A stretch of 62,975 nt of DNA, the filler included, from Octopus bimaculoides (lineage: Eukaryota), in assembly GCF_001194135.2 (NCBI RefSeq). It is 7 parts of 7 records of this genome, joined end to end, with 100 filler letters (N's around TTAATTAATTAA, not from the genome) between each part and the next. Parts side by side here need not be neighbours in the genome. Positions count along the whole stretch, not along the records: positions 34,016 to 45,881 come from NC_068983.1; positions 45,982 to 49,585 come from NW_026317824.1; positions 49,686 to 57,719 come from NC_068988.1; 4 more parts are not named here. One strand, 5' to 3'. The notes below the pieces were generated by a model that ran no database searches, was not told where the DNA came from, and saw nothing but the letters and a program-made list of their open reading frames with translations. The first letter of the stretch is position 1. Every line of letters begins with the position of its first letter. This document shows, one piece after another, positions 39,697 through 52,065 of this stretch. A program made the translations under genes and the position numbers.

Positions 39697-40046
39697 GTTG
39701 TTGTTGTTGGCACTCCGTCGCTTACGACGTCGAGGGTTCCAGTTGATCCGATCAACGGAACAGCCTGCTCGTGAAATTAACGTGCAAGTGGCTGAGCACT
39801 CCACAGACACGTGTACCCTTAACGTAGTTCTCGGGGGGATATTCAGCGTGACACAGAGTGTGACAAGGCTGACCCTTTGAATTACAGGCACAACAGAAAC
39901 AGGAAGTAAGAGTGAGAGAAAGTTGTGATGAAAGAGTACAGCAGGGTTCGCCACCATCCCCTGCCGGAACCTCGTGGAGCTTTAGGTGTTTTCGCTCAAT
40001 AAACACTCACAACGCCCGGTCTGGGAATCGAAACCGCGATCCTATA
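39697..40046 (-). mobile_element. SINE family B, head slightly truncated
   Basis: Reverse complement is near-identical to 34678-35065. Confidence 0.9.
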
Positions 40047-43000
40047 ACTAATACAGGCTAATACAGCAGATCTAAAAGTAACCCTCATTGCCTCCACTTC
40101 ATAGCTACTGATTATTATTACTGAAGAACAAAATCGTTTGAACGACAGATTAAATGCTTCAGTTGCGATACTCCATATTTTGAGGAGGAAGATTCTCAGC
40201 TGAAAGCAATCTTTTTTTTTTTTTTTTGGTCTTTTTCTCAGGCGAAGAGCCAGTATCCGAAGCACTNNNNNNNNNNNNNNNNNNNNNNNNNNNNNNNNNN
40301 NNNNNNNNNNNNNNNNNNNNNNNNNNNNNNNNNNNNNNNNNNNNNNNNNNNNNNNNNNNNNNNNNNNNNNNNNNNNNNNNNNNNNNNNNNNNNNNNNNNN
40401 NNNNNNNNNNNNNNNNNNNNNNNNNNNNNNNNNNNNNNNNNNNNNNNNNNNNNNNNNNNNNNNNNNNNNNNNNNNNNNNNNNNNNNNNNNNNNNNNNNNN
40501 NNNNNNNNNNNNNNNNNNNNNNNNNTCACCACCGTCACCACCACCGCCACCACTAGTTTCCCCAGCTCTGTTTCTTTTTCAAAGACAACATTATTTAGGA
40601 CAACATTAATCACGTACCCTGTTTTCTTCAATACAGTTGGACGTAATTTACAGAAGATTTCGCCTGCTATATCTAGCAAGTAGAGCGACTATGTAGAGGC
40701 TCCCTCACTGCCTCTTTGTCGTCGTAGTTATGAAGTGATTATTGTTAGCAGTAAAGCTATTGTTGTGGGTGGTAGTAGTGGGATTTTGCTGTTGTTGATA
40801 TAACAGATGCCAGCGTGGTTATTTTTATCGTGAGTGCAACCCAACTGGTATAAAGCAGCCAACCCACGTCTTGCCCGTAACAGAACGGTGTTGCCATTAT
40901 GCAAAGGATGTATGCTGTTGTGTCATTCCATCTTTCAGAACACATATCTTTAATTTCATTATCGCCGTCGCCGCCGCCGAAGAAACCACCACCACCACCA
41001 CCACCACCGCCACTAATATCGTCATCATTATTATCTTCATGAACCAGGGAGGGAACTTATATACCGTCAAGTGACCTGAAAGAAATCATAACCGAACTGA
41101 CTCAGATGACACAGTATTCAAAATAGTAATTGCGTTATTTGGAACGAACCTGTGGTTAAAAGTTGATCTGTATCGTCATCATCATCCCCATCATCATCAT
41201 CATCATCCTCATCCTCCTCCTCTTCCTCATCATCATCATCACAGCAGCAGCAACAGCAATAAAGACTTGGTGTGCACGAGTCACCGAGAGAGCCTCTATG
41301 TGGTCGGTCCAACCTGCAAGAATTAACAGGCAAAACTCTTTCAGATCACACACCAATCGCCTTAGAAAAGGAAAATGTGGTCATGTGCTGCCTGCATATA
41401 ATGACAGCAGGAATTCCTCTGATCATAGTTCTGCTTAATTAGAGTTAATATGGGATTAAACAAAACTAATAACAATCTGGAGGAGAACAAACATTGCGCA
41501 TCCAACAAAAGATCAGATATGAGTGTGTTTCTTGGAAACAAGAGAATGATGACGATATCGGCAAAAAGTATAGCAGCATCTTTTGGACTAGTGACCATTA
41601 CATCTCAGTACATTTCGACAGTTATATTTTTGCAGCCCCAGAACAGATAGCTACCTATTGAACAGAAAAAGACTGGAAGGTATAAATATGCAAGAGGTTA
41701 CTGAAAATATCCATCATGCCATATCTGTAAACATAAGTAGTGTAGTTGGTGAGTGGAAGCGGTTCACACCAGGCGATGCTTTATAAGGGTGAGGCGGCAC
41801 TTTTGGGGCAGTAAGCCTAAGTGCTGCTCCGGATAGCACACATTCTCGCTTCATCACTGGTAGACATTATCTGCTAACCTGTGGCAACTTGACGACTACT
41901 TACCTGAAACGAATGCTTTCCCTAACACTATAGATTGCAACAATAATATTCGACCGTCTTACCAGCCTTAACCTATGAGAATTGACCTAGCCAGCTTTCT
42001 GACGATATACCGTCTCATTCACCAGATATTTCCTGAACAAGCGCATGTGCACCTCTACATGTACGTGAAACTGAGCAGAAACGGAGTACATTATCAAGTG
42101 ATTTCTAATAAATATAAACTATGTAATTTGCTGAGAATTCTTCTCATTCATTTACCTCCCCCCATCACACTCTTACTGTCATATTCTAGATGTTCAGCAC
42201 GCACGCAACAGTATAGACATATAAAACAATTTACAAAAACATGGTACATGACACCAAGTCATTATTCATTCGACTCCGAGTGCCGCTCTCTCTCTCTCTC
42301 ACTTTTCCTCACCCTCTCTTACTATCCTATATATCTCTCTCTATACACTCAATAAAACTATATAAAGAGACCCGCTATAAAGTTTTCTCAAAATAATTTG
42401 AAAAACCTACACGACTAGGTGAAAAGCGCTTCATTTAATATGTGACATTAATAAAAATCTGTAAATGTACAAACATCCAGGTTTCTGAGTACCTTAATTT
42501 ATTTTTTTCTATATAATTTCTGTACATCACCTCCAAACCTTCAANNNNNNNNNNNNNNNNNNNNNNNNNNNNNNNNNNNNNNNNNNNNNNNNNNNNNNNN
42601 NNNNNNNNNNNNNNNNNNNNNNNNNNNNNNNNNNNNNNNNNNNNNNNNNNNNNNNNNNNNNNNNNNNNNNNNNNNNNNNNNNNNNNNNNNNNNNNNNNNN
42701 NNNNNNNNNNNNNNNNNNNNNNNNNNNNNNNNNNNNNNNNNNNNNNNNNNNNNNNNNNNNNNNNNNNNNNNNNNNNNNNNNNNNNNNNNNNNNNNNNNNN
42801 NNNNNNNNNNNNNNNNNNNNNNNNNNNNNNNNNNNNNNNNNNNNNNNNNNNNNNNNNNNNNNNNNNNNNNNNNNNNNNNNNNNNNNNNNNNNNNNNNNNN
42901 NNNNNNNNNNNNNNNNNNNNNNNNNNNNNNNNNNNNNNNNNNNNNNNNNNNNNNNNNNNNNNNNNNNNNNNNNNNNNNNNNNNNNNNNNNNNNNNNNNNN

Positions 43001-43431
43001 NNNNNNNNNNNNNNNNNNNNNNNNNNNNNNNNNNNNNNNNNNNNNNNNNNNNNNNNNNNNNNNNNNNNNNNNNNNNNNNNNNNNNNNNNNNNNNNNNNNN
43101 NNNNNNNNNNNNNNNNNNNNNNNNNNNNNNNNNNNNNNNNNNNNNNNNNNNNNNNNNNNNNNNNNNNNNNNNNNNNNNNNNNNNNNNNNNNNNNNNNNNN
43201 NNNNNNNNNNNNNNNNNNNNNNNNNNNNNNNNNNNNNNNNNNNNNNNNNNNNNNNNNNNNNNNNNNNNNNNNNNNNNNNNNNNNNNNNNNNNNNNNNNNN
43301 NNNNNNNNNNNNNNNNNNNNNNNNNNNNNNNNNNNNNNNNNNNNNNNNNNNNNNNNNNNNNNNNNNNNNNNNNNNNNNNNNNNNNNNNNNNNNNNNNNNN
43401 NNNNNNNNNNNNNNNNNNNNNNNNNNNNNNN

Positions 43432-43700
43432 GAATGTATGTTTCGAGTCGCTTCGGCTGCAGAGTTTCCTTTTTTGTACTCATAAAGCATTATGTGCCTT
43501 AAATGCTCTTTGGATACTTTCATGTTAGAAAGGGTTTTAATCAAAGAAATTTTAATTCTATTATTCTGTAAAATAATATTTAATTAGTTTAAATGTACAC
43601 ATATGCATAAAAATAATTTTAAATTCCATTAGACATTCTAAAATACTATTAAATTTCATTCAATTTTTAAAAAGGTAAAATCGGACAGAACTTATAGCCA
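43432..43700 (-). mobile_element. Mariner element, 5' end and transposase N-terminus; the remainder is presumably in the gap
   Basis: MKVSKEHLRHIMLYEYKKGNSAAEATRNI is mariner HTH-like; TIR-like ataagttctgtccgatttt upstream on the minus strand. Confidence 0.75.
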
Positions 43701-43744
43701 CAAAAATTCATATATGGTTATGTTTCTTGAAAATGGCGCTGATA

Positions 43745-44470
43745 TCGATATGGAATGCATCCTTCTTATGACCGTTACATTACATTATGTTTCGAAGGAT
43801 TTGCATTTGCAATCCAAGAGCAAGAGATTGCTAGAAAATGCCTTATAAACAAAAGAGACAGAAAAGCCATTGGAGAACCAAGATGCAACCGAATATGTCG
43901 ATTATATTATATTTCTGTAGAAGATATCGCTCGTAATCAGCCCAAAATTGTCATCAAAGTAATAACCTCCCAATGCAATATGACGCTGCTGCTAAAACAA
44001 CACACAATGACATCCTAAAAAATGGTAGTGAACGCTTGGAATATGTATATTAACCTCAACACAAGGAATACCTGTGGAAAGTTTCTATCAAAACTTCTAC
44101 CAAGTACAAATATCACCGACATGTCGGATATTGTTTGGTACAGATAAGTAAAACTATGTACCATCATAGAGGTCAGCTGCCCTACTCATGTGAATATCGC
44201 TTCGAAAGTCAAAGACAAGGAAGATAACTGTGGACAACTGCTTCGAAACCTTCAATTTCTATACCCAGTTTTACATTCATACTAATAATACTTGGTTGCA
44301 CTTGCTTTGGTGAGTAAATACCTAAGTAAATGCCTAGAGAAGCAACAGTTTTCGGAAAAAGAAATCAACAGCTAATATGCACATTGCAAATACAGTCTAT
44401 ATGCGGAGCTAAAAATATTCAAGACTCTTCTCAAGTTCAAAATATGACACTGTTTTTGTTATCTGCATTC
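43745..44470 (+). mobile_element. Decayed R4/Dong-like LINE, 3' part
   Basis: EGFAFAIQEQEIA...CRL(C)...EDI zinc-knuckle region, then KLCTIIEVSCP...KEDNCGQLLRNLQFLYP (restriction-like endonuclease). Confidence 0.75.
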
Positions 44471-44556
44471 CAACGATGCGAGTTTTATACCTTTGTTAGA
44501 AAGCAACTCCTTCCTAACAAGAAGATTTCAAATAATTGAAAATGGAAGACAACATA

Positions 44557-44723
44557 TAGGCGCAGGAGTGGCTGTGTGGTAAGTAGCTTGCTTACCAACT
44601 ACATGGTTCTGGGTTCATTCCCACTGCGTGGCACCTTGGACAAGTGTCTTCTACTATAGTCTCGGGCCGACCAAAGCCTTGTGAGTGGATTTGGTAGACG
44701 GAAACTGAAAGAAGCCCGTCGTA

Positions 44724-44775
<52 letters not shown>

Positions 44776-44985
44776 TATGTGTTTATGTGTCTGTGTTTGT
44801 CCCCCCAACATCGCTTCACAACCGATGGTGGTGTGTTTACATCCCCGTAACTTAGCGGTTCGGCAAAAGAGACCGATAGAATAAGTAGTAGGCTTCCAAA
44901 GAATAAATCCTGGGGCTGATTTGCTCGACTAAAGGCGGTGCTCCAGCATGGCCACAGTCAAATGACTGAAACAAGTAAAAGAGTA
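44557..44985 (+). mobile_element. Full-length SINE family A
   Basis: aggcgcaggagtggctgtgtggtaagtagc...GGTTCATTCCC; internal (TA)n; tail atgactgaaacaagtaaaagag. Confidence 0.9.
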
Positions 44986-45607
44986 AAGAGAAAAAGAGTA
45001 TCCATCCATCCATTCATACATCCATCCATCCATATACATATATGCTACTTGGTATATATGCACACAACGTTGTGAGATCAAATCTCGTCGAGATCAACTT
45101 TACTTTTTATCATTACGGGATCGGTCAAATAAAGAACCATTGAAGTACTGGATTCGATATGATCGACTAGCCTCCTCCTTCCTTTTAATTTCTGGGCTTT
45201 GTACTTATGTGAGAAATTATTTCACAATATTTTCTCGTCTCGAGAATGTTTCCAAGTTTTCGTTTTGCTCGTGAGCTTAATTACTACGGAGAAAGAATTG
45301 CCAGTTCGATCCTCAGTATGTTTGGTCTTGAAAGCCTCTGTTTCTATGGTACAAATGTTGAAACGGTGTGAGGTCCATGCCCTATTGCACAGTAATGCCG
45401 CTACCCAATCGCAACTTGCGGTTGTCTGCTTTGAACCCGAAACGTAAAGAGCCAACGTAATGGCTGCTGCTGCCTAATTTATCGATCTCAATGGATAAAC
45501 AGCTAGGATCTGAACTCAGAGCGCAGGAAATTAGAACAGATACCACAAAGTATTTAATCCTATGCTTTAATAACTCTGCCAATTCTTATATATGTGAAGT
45601 AATGTCC

Positions 45608-45881
45608 AGTGGAGGTGTAATGGCCCAGTGGTTAGGGCAGCGGACTCGCGGTCACAGGATCGCGGTTTCGATTCCCAGACCGGGCGTTGTGAGTGTTTAT
45701 TGAGCAAAAACACCTAAAGCTCCACAAGGCTCCGGCTGGGAATGGTGGCAAACCCTGCTGTACTCTTTCACCACAGCTTTCTCTCACTCTTACTTCCTAT
45801 TTCTGTTGTGCCTGTAATTCAAAAGGGTCAGCCTTGTCACACTGTGTCACACTGAATATCCCCGAGAACTGCGTTAAGGGT
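45608..45881 (+). mobile_element. SINE family B, cut by a scaffold spacer
   Basis: Matches 34678 onward. Confidence 0.9.
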
Positions 45882-45981
45882 NNNNNNNNNNNNNNNNNNN
45901 NNNNNNNNNNNNNNNNNNNNNNNNNTTAATTAATTAANNNNNNNNNNNNNNNNNNNNNNNNNNNNNNNNNNNNNNNNNNNN

Positions 45982-46241
45982 TTTTACAAACAGAACAGGA
46001 ACAAATTTGGAAAAAAATCTCACAAAATTCAGAAAATTAAAAAAACACGCCGATCGTTGTACAAAACTGTAGCTGAAGTGTTTACACGGTATAATCACGT
46101 GTTTTCACGAATGTACTAATGAGATTTGATCGAATATTCTCATTTAAATATGAATAGGTGATTACGGGCGGTTTTGGGCGGCTTGGTCACATGAACCAAA
46201 ATTTTTTTCGGTCGGCTTTGGGCGGTTTGGTAATGAAAGGG
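45982..46241. mobile_element. piggyBac-like terminus inserted at TTAA in the Helitron
   Basis: Ends ...ggtaatgaaaggg|TTAA (46242-46245), i.e. TTAA-CCCTTT on the minus strand, with subterminal ttt(t)gggcgg repeats. The Helitron reading frame stops exactly here. Confidence 0.7.
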
Positions 46242-46245
46242 TTAA

Positions 46246-48416
46246 CATATTTAAATATGTACTTAATTGATTTTACTGAATGACAGAACTCCACATTTAT
46301 ATGAGCGTTGAAAATTTTTATCAGTAATGGACTGTATGGGACCATCCATCTATTATCAACTTGATGACCCTGTAAGGTTATAGTGAATATCCATCGCCAG
46401 CGGTCTGGGTCTCGTCCACGAAACTGTTTGGGTATCGTTTAGTGCACACATGGTCTTTGTGGCATGAGGAGAATTTTTGAAAACCGGGACCACACGGACC
46501 ATGCAGCATGTGTGCCTTGACAATGTCGTACAGCTGTCGGTCAACAGTGGGGTTGGGGATTTCTGCTGTGATGATGTCATCTATAAGTGTAGGGTCTATT
46601 TTGGTGACCAACCAAACCAAAATGTGTGCGTGTGGCAACCCTCTCTTCTGCCACTCAACAGTATACATGTGGCACTTAACAGGGCTAAAAACCTGCCCTT
46701 TTTTGATTAAATCAGTTAGCCTAGTCAGCTTCTGCTTGAAAACCCTGTCAATAAGATCATGCCGATGGCAGTACTGCTGGTGTGGGAGAAGTTCCCGCGT
46801 TACCTCAACCCACTTCGGGTTACATGTAAACGTGATGAATAAATCAGGGCGTCTATAGTGCTGAACGAAAGTCATAGCGTCTTGTGTTCACTCGTGCATT
46901 TTGCCGATGTTCCTTGGGTCAGCGTCATTACTGATGCTGTCACGCAAATGGATGTAGGAGTCTGATCGCAGCTTCTTCTGATTCAATCTAATGAAGCACA
47001 GTCTCTCCGGCTCCATCTTTGCAGCCATGTCAACTGCAAACTGGTGAAACAGTTCCCGTGACCTGTGCAGGGTGCTAAAATCATTAGGCCTCGTCATGAA
47101 GCGGTACGAGTAGAAATCCATACATGAAACAGTTTTGGATGTCGCAGCAGTGGGCTCATTTGGTTTGCACTGAGGAATGCCGAAATGGTACCAGTCTTCT
47201 CTGTATGGAAAAAGAATGGGATACTGCAGGGCATCGTATGAACGATGTGTCTCAGTAATACGTTGGAGACCACTGTCACGGCTCTGAATAACTATGTCTC
47301 GCTTATTGTGCTGTTCACCATGGAGAAGTACAGCGACTTCATTGCACAAAGGAGCGTTATAACGGCGTGCATGCTTCCCAGAAGGTCTTTAGTCAGCATC
47401 GATGACAATGGTGAATTTTGGTGAAGGGGCTGTTTGCAAGGCATATTTGAAGCTGCGAATATAGCTGTTGTGCTGATGAAGCATGTTTTGCAGACTGAGC
47501 ATCACATCCCNNNNNNNNNNNNNNNNNNNNNNNNNNNNNNNNNNNNNNNNNNNNNNNNNNNNNNNNNNNNNNNNNNNNNNNNNNNNNNNNNNNNNTTGTA
47601 ATTCCTGATGATTTGAAGGAATTTGGATGAGCTTGAGGTAGAACCAGTAAGTAGTTCCTTCAAAGGCTGTGGAAGTTGGGGAAGAGGGGGCAAGCTGACC
47701 TTACCGTTTAAGCAGCACATTCGAGATGGCTCGGCAGCCCACTTTTTAGCATTGCAGAATTGGCAATTGAAGCGCATTTCTCCAATATTTATGTCAGCGC
47801 GGCTGGAGTAATGAAAGTTTGGCTCATAGTTGAAAGCGCGTAGATGCCAGTAAGGGCTGTTGGGAGTCGTCACACTGTAGGCAGGATCTTGCCGTTGACT
47901 GTTCCACTGCAATGTAGAACGTTGGTCGTGGGAAGGTGCGGTAGCAGTAGCAGAAGTGACATTTGCAATGGTAATAGAGTGGTCACCTGCATCTTCAGAA
48001 GCCATGGAAGCAGTGATAGCGGCAGCATTCGTAGCAAGGCGAGTTGTCCGTTGTTCCAAACGTTTGGAAGACCTGGAAGCAGCAGTAGCCGCAGCGTTTT
48101 TAGTCAGTCAATTGGCCGTTTGTTGTTGGCCCTCCGAAGCCCTGGAAGCAGCAGTAGCAGCAGCGTTTGTAGCCAGGCGAGTCACCGTTTTTTCCGGGTC
48201 CTCTGTAGCCCTGGAAGTAGCAGTGTATGAAGCCATTTTGGCTAGGCGTAGGGTGCGTTGTTGCAAACTTTCAGCAGCTCGGCATTTCACTGAACATAAA
48301 GTGGCGTGTGAAAGTCTAGAAGCAGTTTGCTCTGAGGACTCGTTTGCTTTAATCGCCTTTAGCGCCAGTGCTGGGGCGGTATGGCGACTGAAGCGCCTTC
48401 TCTTTTTCGGTGGCAT
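46246..48416 (-). pseudogene. Helitron RepHel pseudogene: N-terminal repeats, Zn-finger-like region and Rep/HUH domain; helicase absent from this block
   Basis: CQFCNAKKW..E...CCLNGKVSLP, YDALQYPILFP, PDLFITFTCNPKW, VEWQKRGLPHAHIL, HGPCG, VDNRWMVPYSPLL..FNAHINVEFCHSVKSIKYIFKYVN. Two CGA>TGA-type stops and small deletions. Confidence 0.93.
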
Positions 48417-49585
48417 TTTATGTGCCGAAGAAAGGATGAAAGTTATTTGTAGAAAGAAAATGTCTAGGAAAGTATGCATGAAATTGAAGTGGGAAAGGGT
48501 GATAAGAAACAGCCAATAAATAAACAAATAAACAAACAGGTGTTTGTATGTATGTGATTAAATGTGTTTTAAAAAAGAATTTCAAAAAACTCAGTTTCAC
48601 TGTTTTCCTAGTGTTTCTGCTTGCTTTTTTATTTAATATTTTGTTGGATCATTCGTAAAGGTTCATAATAGAAATTAGCATTTAAAACGAAATTCAAGAA
48701 ACTCACAGTTTGTATGGACAGTAGATGTGGACACTGTTTGTATTGAATAAATGTTTGACTGCGGATGTTAGAGTTACATGGTATAAAGTAATTCAGTTTG
48801 AAGAAAGATTTTGAAGAAACTCAGTTTAAAGTGAAAGTTACTTGTTATGTTAGTAAGTAAATGTTTGACTGTCGATCTTATTTGGAAGAGGCTGACCAGT
48901 ATTTGTGTATTTGTACGTATGTATGTATGAGTGTGTATAAAAATGACGCTGTGACCAAAGTCATGGTATTTAGAAAGGGTGATAAGAAACAGCAAATAAA
49001 TAAAAGAAAATGACAGGTATGTATGTGTGTATTAATGTGTTTTCTCTCTCTGTATATATATATATGGTAGTAAATAAGTGTTTGACTGTCGATCGTATTT
49101 GGAATAGGCTCACCGGTAATTGTATGTATGTGTTTATTTGTATGTATGTGTGTATTTATACGTCTGTATGTATGAGTGTGTATAAAGAGATTAGTAAATT
49201 TTCACATTAACACCCGCACAATTTTCACTACAGTGTTAGGGTTAGGTAGGTAATGCTGCGGGTGTTAATCTCAACATGTACGAAAAGATTTTTAAAAAAA
49301 ACTCACAGTTTGTAGGGAATAAATGTTTGTCGATCGTATTTGAAAAAGATGTCTCGCTATTTTATTTTTGTTGTTATCATGGTGAAGGACGGAGTTAGAA
49401 ATGGAAAGTAAACTTACTATTCCCGCCAATTAGAATGAGGTCATTGGTAACTATAGGTACATATATATGTGTGGATTTACGTATGATTGGTAGTGTGTCT
49501 GTTTATTTGACTCTCACTCTTTTTCCTTTGTTTCTTTGTCTTTTTTCTTGGATCGTTCGTAAACGTTCATAAGAGAAAGTAGCAA
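48417..49585 (-). mobile_element. Probable Helitron 5' non-coding region with degenerate repeated modules
   Basis: Contiguous upstream of the ATG; repeated gggtgataagaaacagc, aaatgtttgactg and ggatc(a/g)ttcgtaaa.gttcataa blocks. Confidence 0.5.
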
Positions 49586-50394
49586 NNNNNNNNNNNNNNN
49601 NNNNNNNNNNNNNNNNNNNNNNNNNNNNNTTAATTAATTAANNNNNNNNNNNNNNNNNNNNNNNNNNNNNNNNNNNNNNNNNNNNATATATATATTTTAT
49701 TATATGTATTTATTTTCTCCTAATTAATAAATAACTCGGACAAAATAAATTGGTTAATAGATACCAGGGTAGCATAGATCACAAAATAACTGTGGTGTAA
49801 CTCCTGTTTATGAGGTAGAAAATCCTTGATATTTTGGGTACTTGAGTATATATAAATTTAATGAATGGAGTAAAACGCATATTTTAACTGCATACTTTTA
49901 TTTCCAACATATGTTTTGAAGAATTACAACTTATACGATCCATAGGAATCGGCGATGTTAAAAATGTAAACTTCTCTTCAGAGAAATGTATGGGAACCAG
50001 CTTAAACGTAAGACATTATAACTGAATATGAGAACTATAGTTGGAGAAGGTTATAACATAATTTATTTGAAAAGACCGTTGGAGATTAGGAAACTACCAA
50101 ATAATACGTTGGACAAGAAGGGAAGAAAAGAAAAAAGAAAAAAAGAAAGGAAATTCAGAGTGTAAAGTCGGGAGAAAATAGGATGATATAAATCAGATAA
50201 AAATTGGAGAGGAATGTTATGTAATAAAAAGGGATCGTAAAGGGGGTTAATCTTGTGTTTCTACAAAAATACTGAGATGAATGTATATAATCATTTATAC
50301 TTATGTATATGCGCATATATACACACAAACATACATATACTCGAATAAATACATATATGCATACATATATACACCTACGTACAAATCCACACAC

Positions 50395-50708
50395 ACACGT
50401 GGTGGCACGTTAGAAAATCATTCGAGTGAGGTCATTGATGTGCAACCATGCAGGTGGCACATAAAAAACACCCTTTTTGAGCATGGCCGTTGCCAGTACT
50501 CTGTGACTGGCCCTCGTGCTGGTAGCATGTAAAAGTACCCACTACACTCTCGGAGTGGTTGGCATTAGGAAGGGCATCCAGCTGTAGAAACTCTTCCAGA
50601 TCAGATTGGAGCCCGGTGCAGCCTGCTGGATTGCCAGTCCTCAGTCAAATCGTCCAACCCATACCAGCATGGAAAGTGGACGTTAAACGATGACGGTGAC
50701 GATGATGA
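50395..50708 (+). mobile_element. SINE family E, (GAT)n-tailed
   Basis: ggtggcacgt...gcatccagctgtagaaactc...gtggacgttaaacgatgac; same family as 52375-52705 and 57429-57719. Confidence 0.85.
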
Positions 50709-51046
50709 TATATGTATATATAATATGCATATACTCATTTATTATTTGTTTTACATGATTGAATGCCTGCGTCATCTCTGTTGTAAGTAGTTGTTTCAAC
50801 TTTATATTTTCTGACGCAACTCTATTTCTTTCTCTATCACTTTTTCCCCCTCTCGTTCTTCTTCTGTTACTACTACATATCTCTCTTTACCCCTCCCGTT
50901 CTTCCTTCTGTTACTACTATATCTCTCNNNNNNNNNNNNNNNNNNNNNNNNNNNNNNNNNNNNNNNNNNNNNNNNNNNNNNNNNNNNNNNNNNNNNNNNN
51001 NNNNNNNNNNNNNNNNNNNNNNNNNNNTTGATTGTTCTTTGGTTTC

Positions 51047-51740
51047 AGGCTGGTAGTGATGAACCCAACTTTTGTCCCTAGTAATGAAATGAACAAGAAA
51101 ATTCTCTTCATCAGCTTCAAACGGTTCCAGGCTGCTCGTTGACAAAGTGCACCTGGTGCGTTTCTGTTCAGGAGTCAAAAGGCGAGGGACCCACCTTGCA
51201 GAAACCTTTGAGAACCCAAGTTCTTTTGTCACAATGTTGTCTGCTCTTTCAGTTGAGATGCCCAGTCTCTCGGCTATCTGACGACATGACATTCGGCGAT
51301 CTTGCATTATCATACCAGGAGCAAGGTCAAGGATGTCCTTGGTGGTTGCAGTTGGAGGTCTCTCTGGTCTGGGATCATCTTCCACACTCTCCCTGCCATG
51401 CTGGAATTCATTTACCTAGCATTTGACTGTTGCATATGAAGGAGCATTGTCTGTTAAGGTTCTCACCATATCTTCATGGATTTCTGATTCATGCCTTTCT
51501 GAGTCATACCTTTCAAATGAAGGTACTTTATGACAGCACGATACTCAGTTTTCTTCATTTTCCTTGTAAACTCGAAGCTTGTTTATTCAAAAATCTGCAA
51601 TAACAAAAAATTAAAATATCAGAATCATGAAAATGAGCAAAAATACTCTGAAAAAACTGTACTTACCAGAAAAAATTGTTTCAGCAATATAGCAGCCCCA
51701 TTTCTAGGTTAGGCTCAAAACTTTTCGTACACCCCTCGTA
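51047..51740 (-). mobile_element. Mariner transposon fragment, 5' TIR to the first catalytic D region
   Basis: DDPRPERP...DRRMSCRQIAERLGIS...VSARWVPRLLT...ITRDKSWVHHY; terminus TACGAGGGGTGTACGAAAAGTTTTG on the minus strand. Confidence 0.9.
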
Positions 51741-51873
51741 TATGTATGTATATATATCTATATATATTTATTTATATAGATAGGGTGATAGATTGAATAT
51801 TAATTCAATTTAAAACTAAGTGGCCTAGCATATAAAAAAATCTGAAAATTCAGAAAAAATTGTACTACACGTG

Positions 51874-52065
51874 TATAAGGGATGACCACTAGGTGGACAT
51901 CCAATATGCTAGAAAGAGGTCATCAATGACCCAACCACAAAGAAAAATAATGTTCTCCAGAAAAGATTTCGCAAAAACACCAGAACAGGACAACATGAGA
52001 AATATACAGAATAAAGACTGCAGTTTCGAACATATTGGATGTCCACCTAGTGGTCATCCCTTATA
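51874..52065. mobile_element. MITE with about 35-bp perfect TIRs, probably Tc1/mariner type
   Basis: tataagggatgaccactaggtggacatccaatatg (51874-51908) is the reverse complement of 52031-52065. Confidence 0.8.

Noticed and set aside
42435-43544. 369-aa ORF spanning the gap as a full mariner transposase
   Set aside because: Only about 37 N-terminal residues are real and mariner-like. The sequence left of the gap shows no recognisable mariner C-terminus or TIR.
32244-45700. tRNA-like A/B boxes as tRNA genes
   Set aside because: They are SINE heads that continue into SINE bodies and tails, not standalone cloverleaves.
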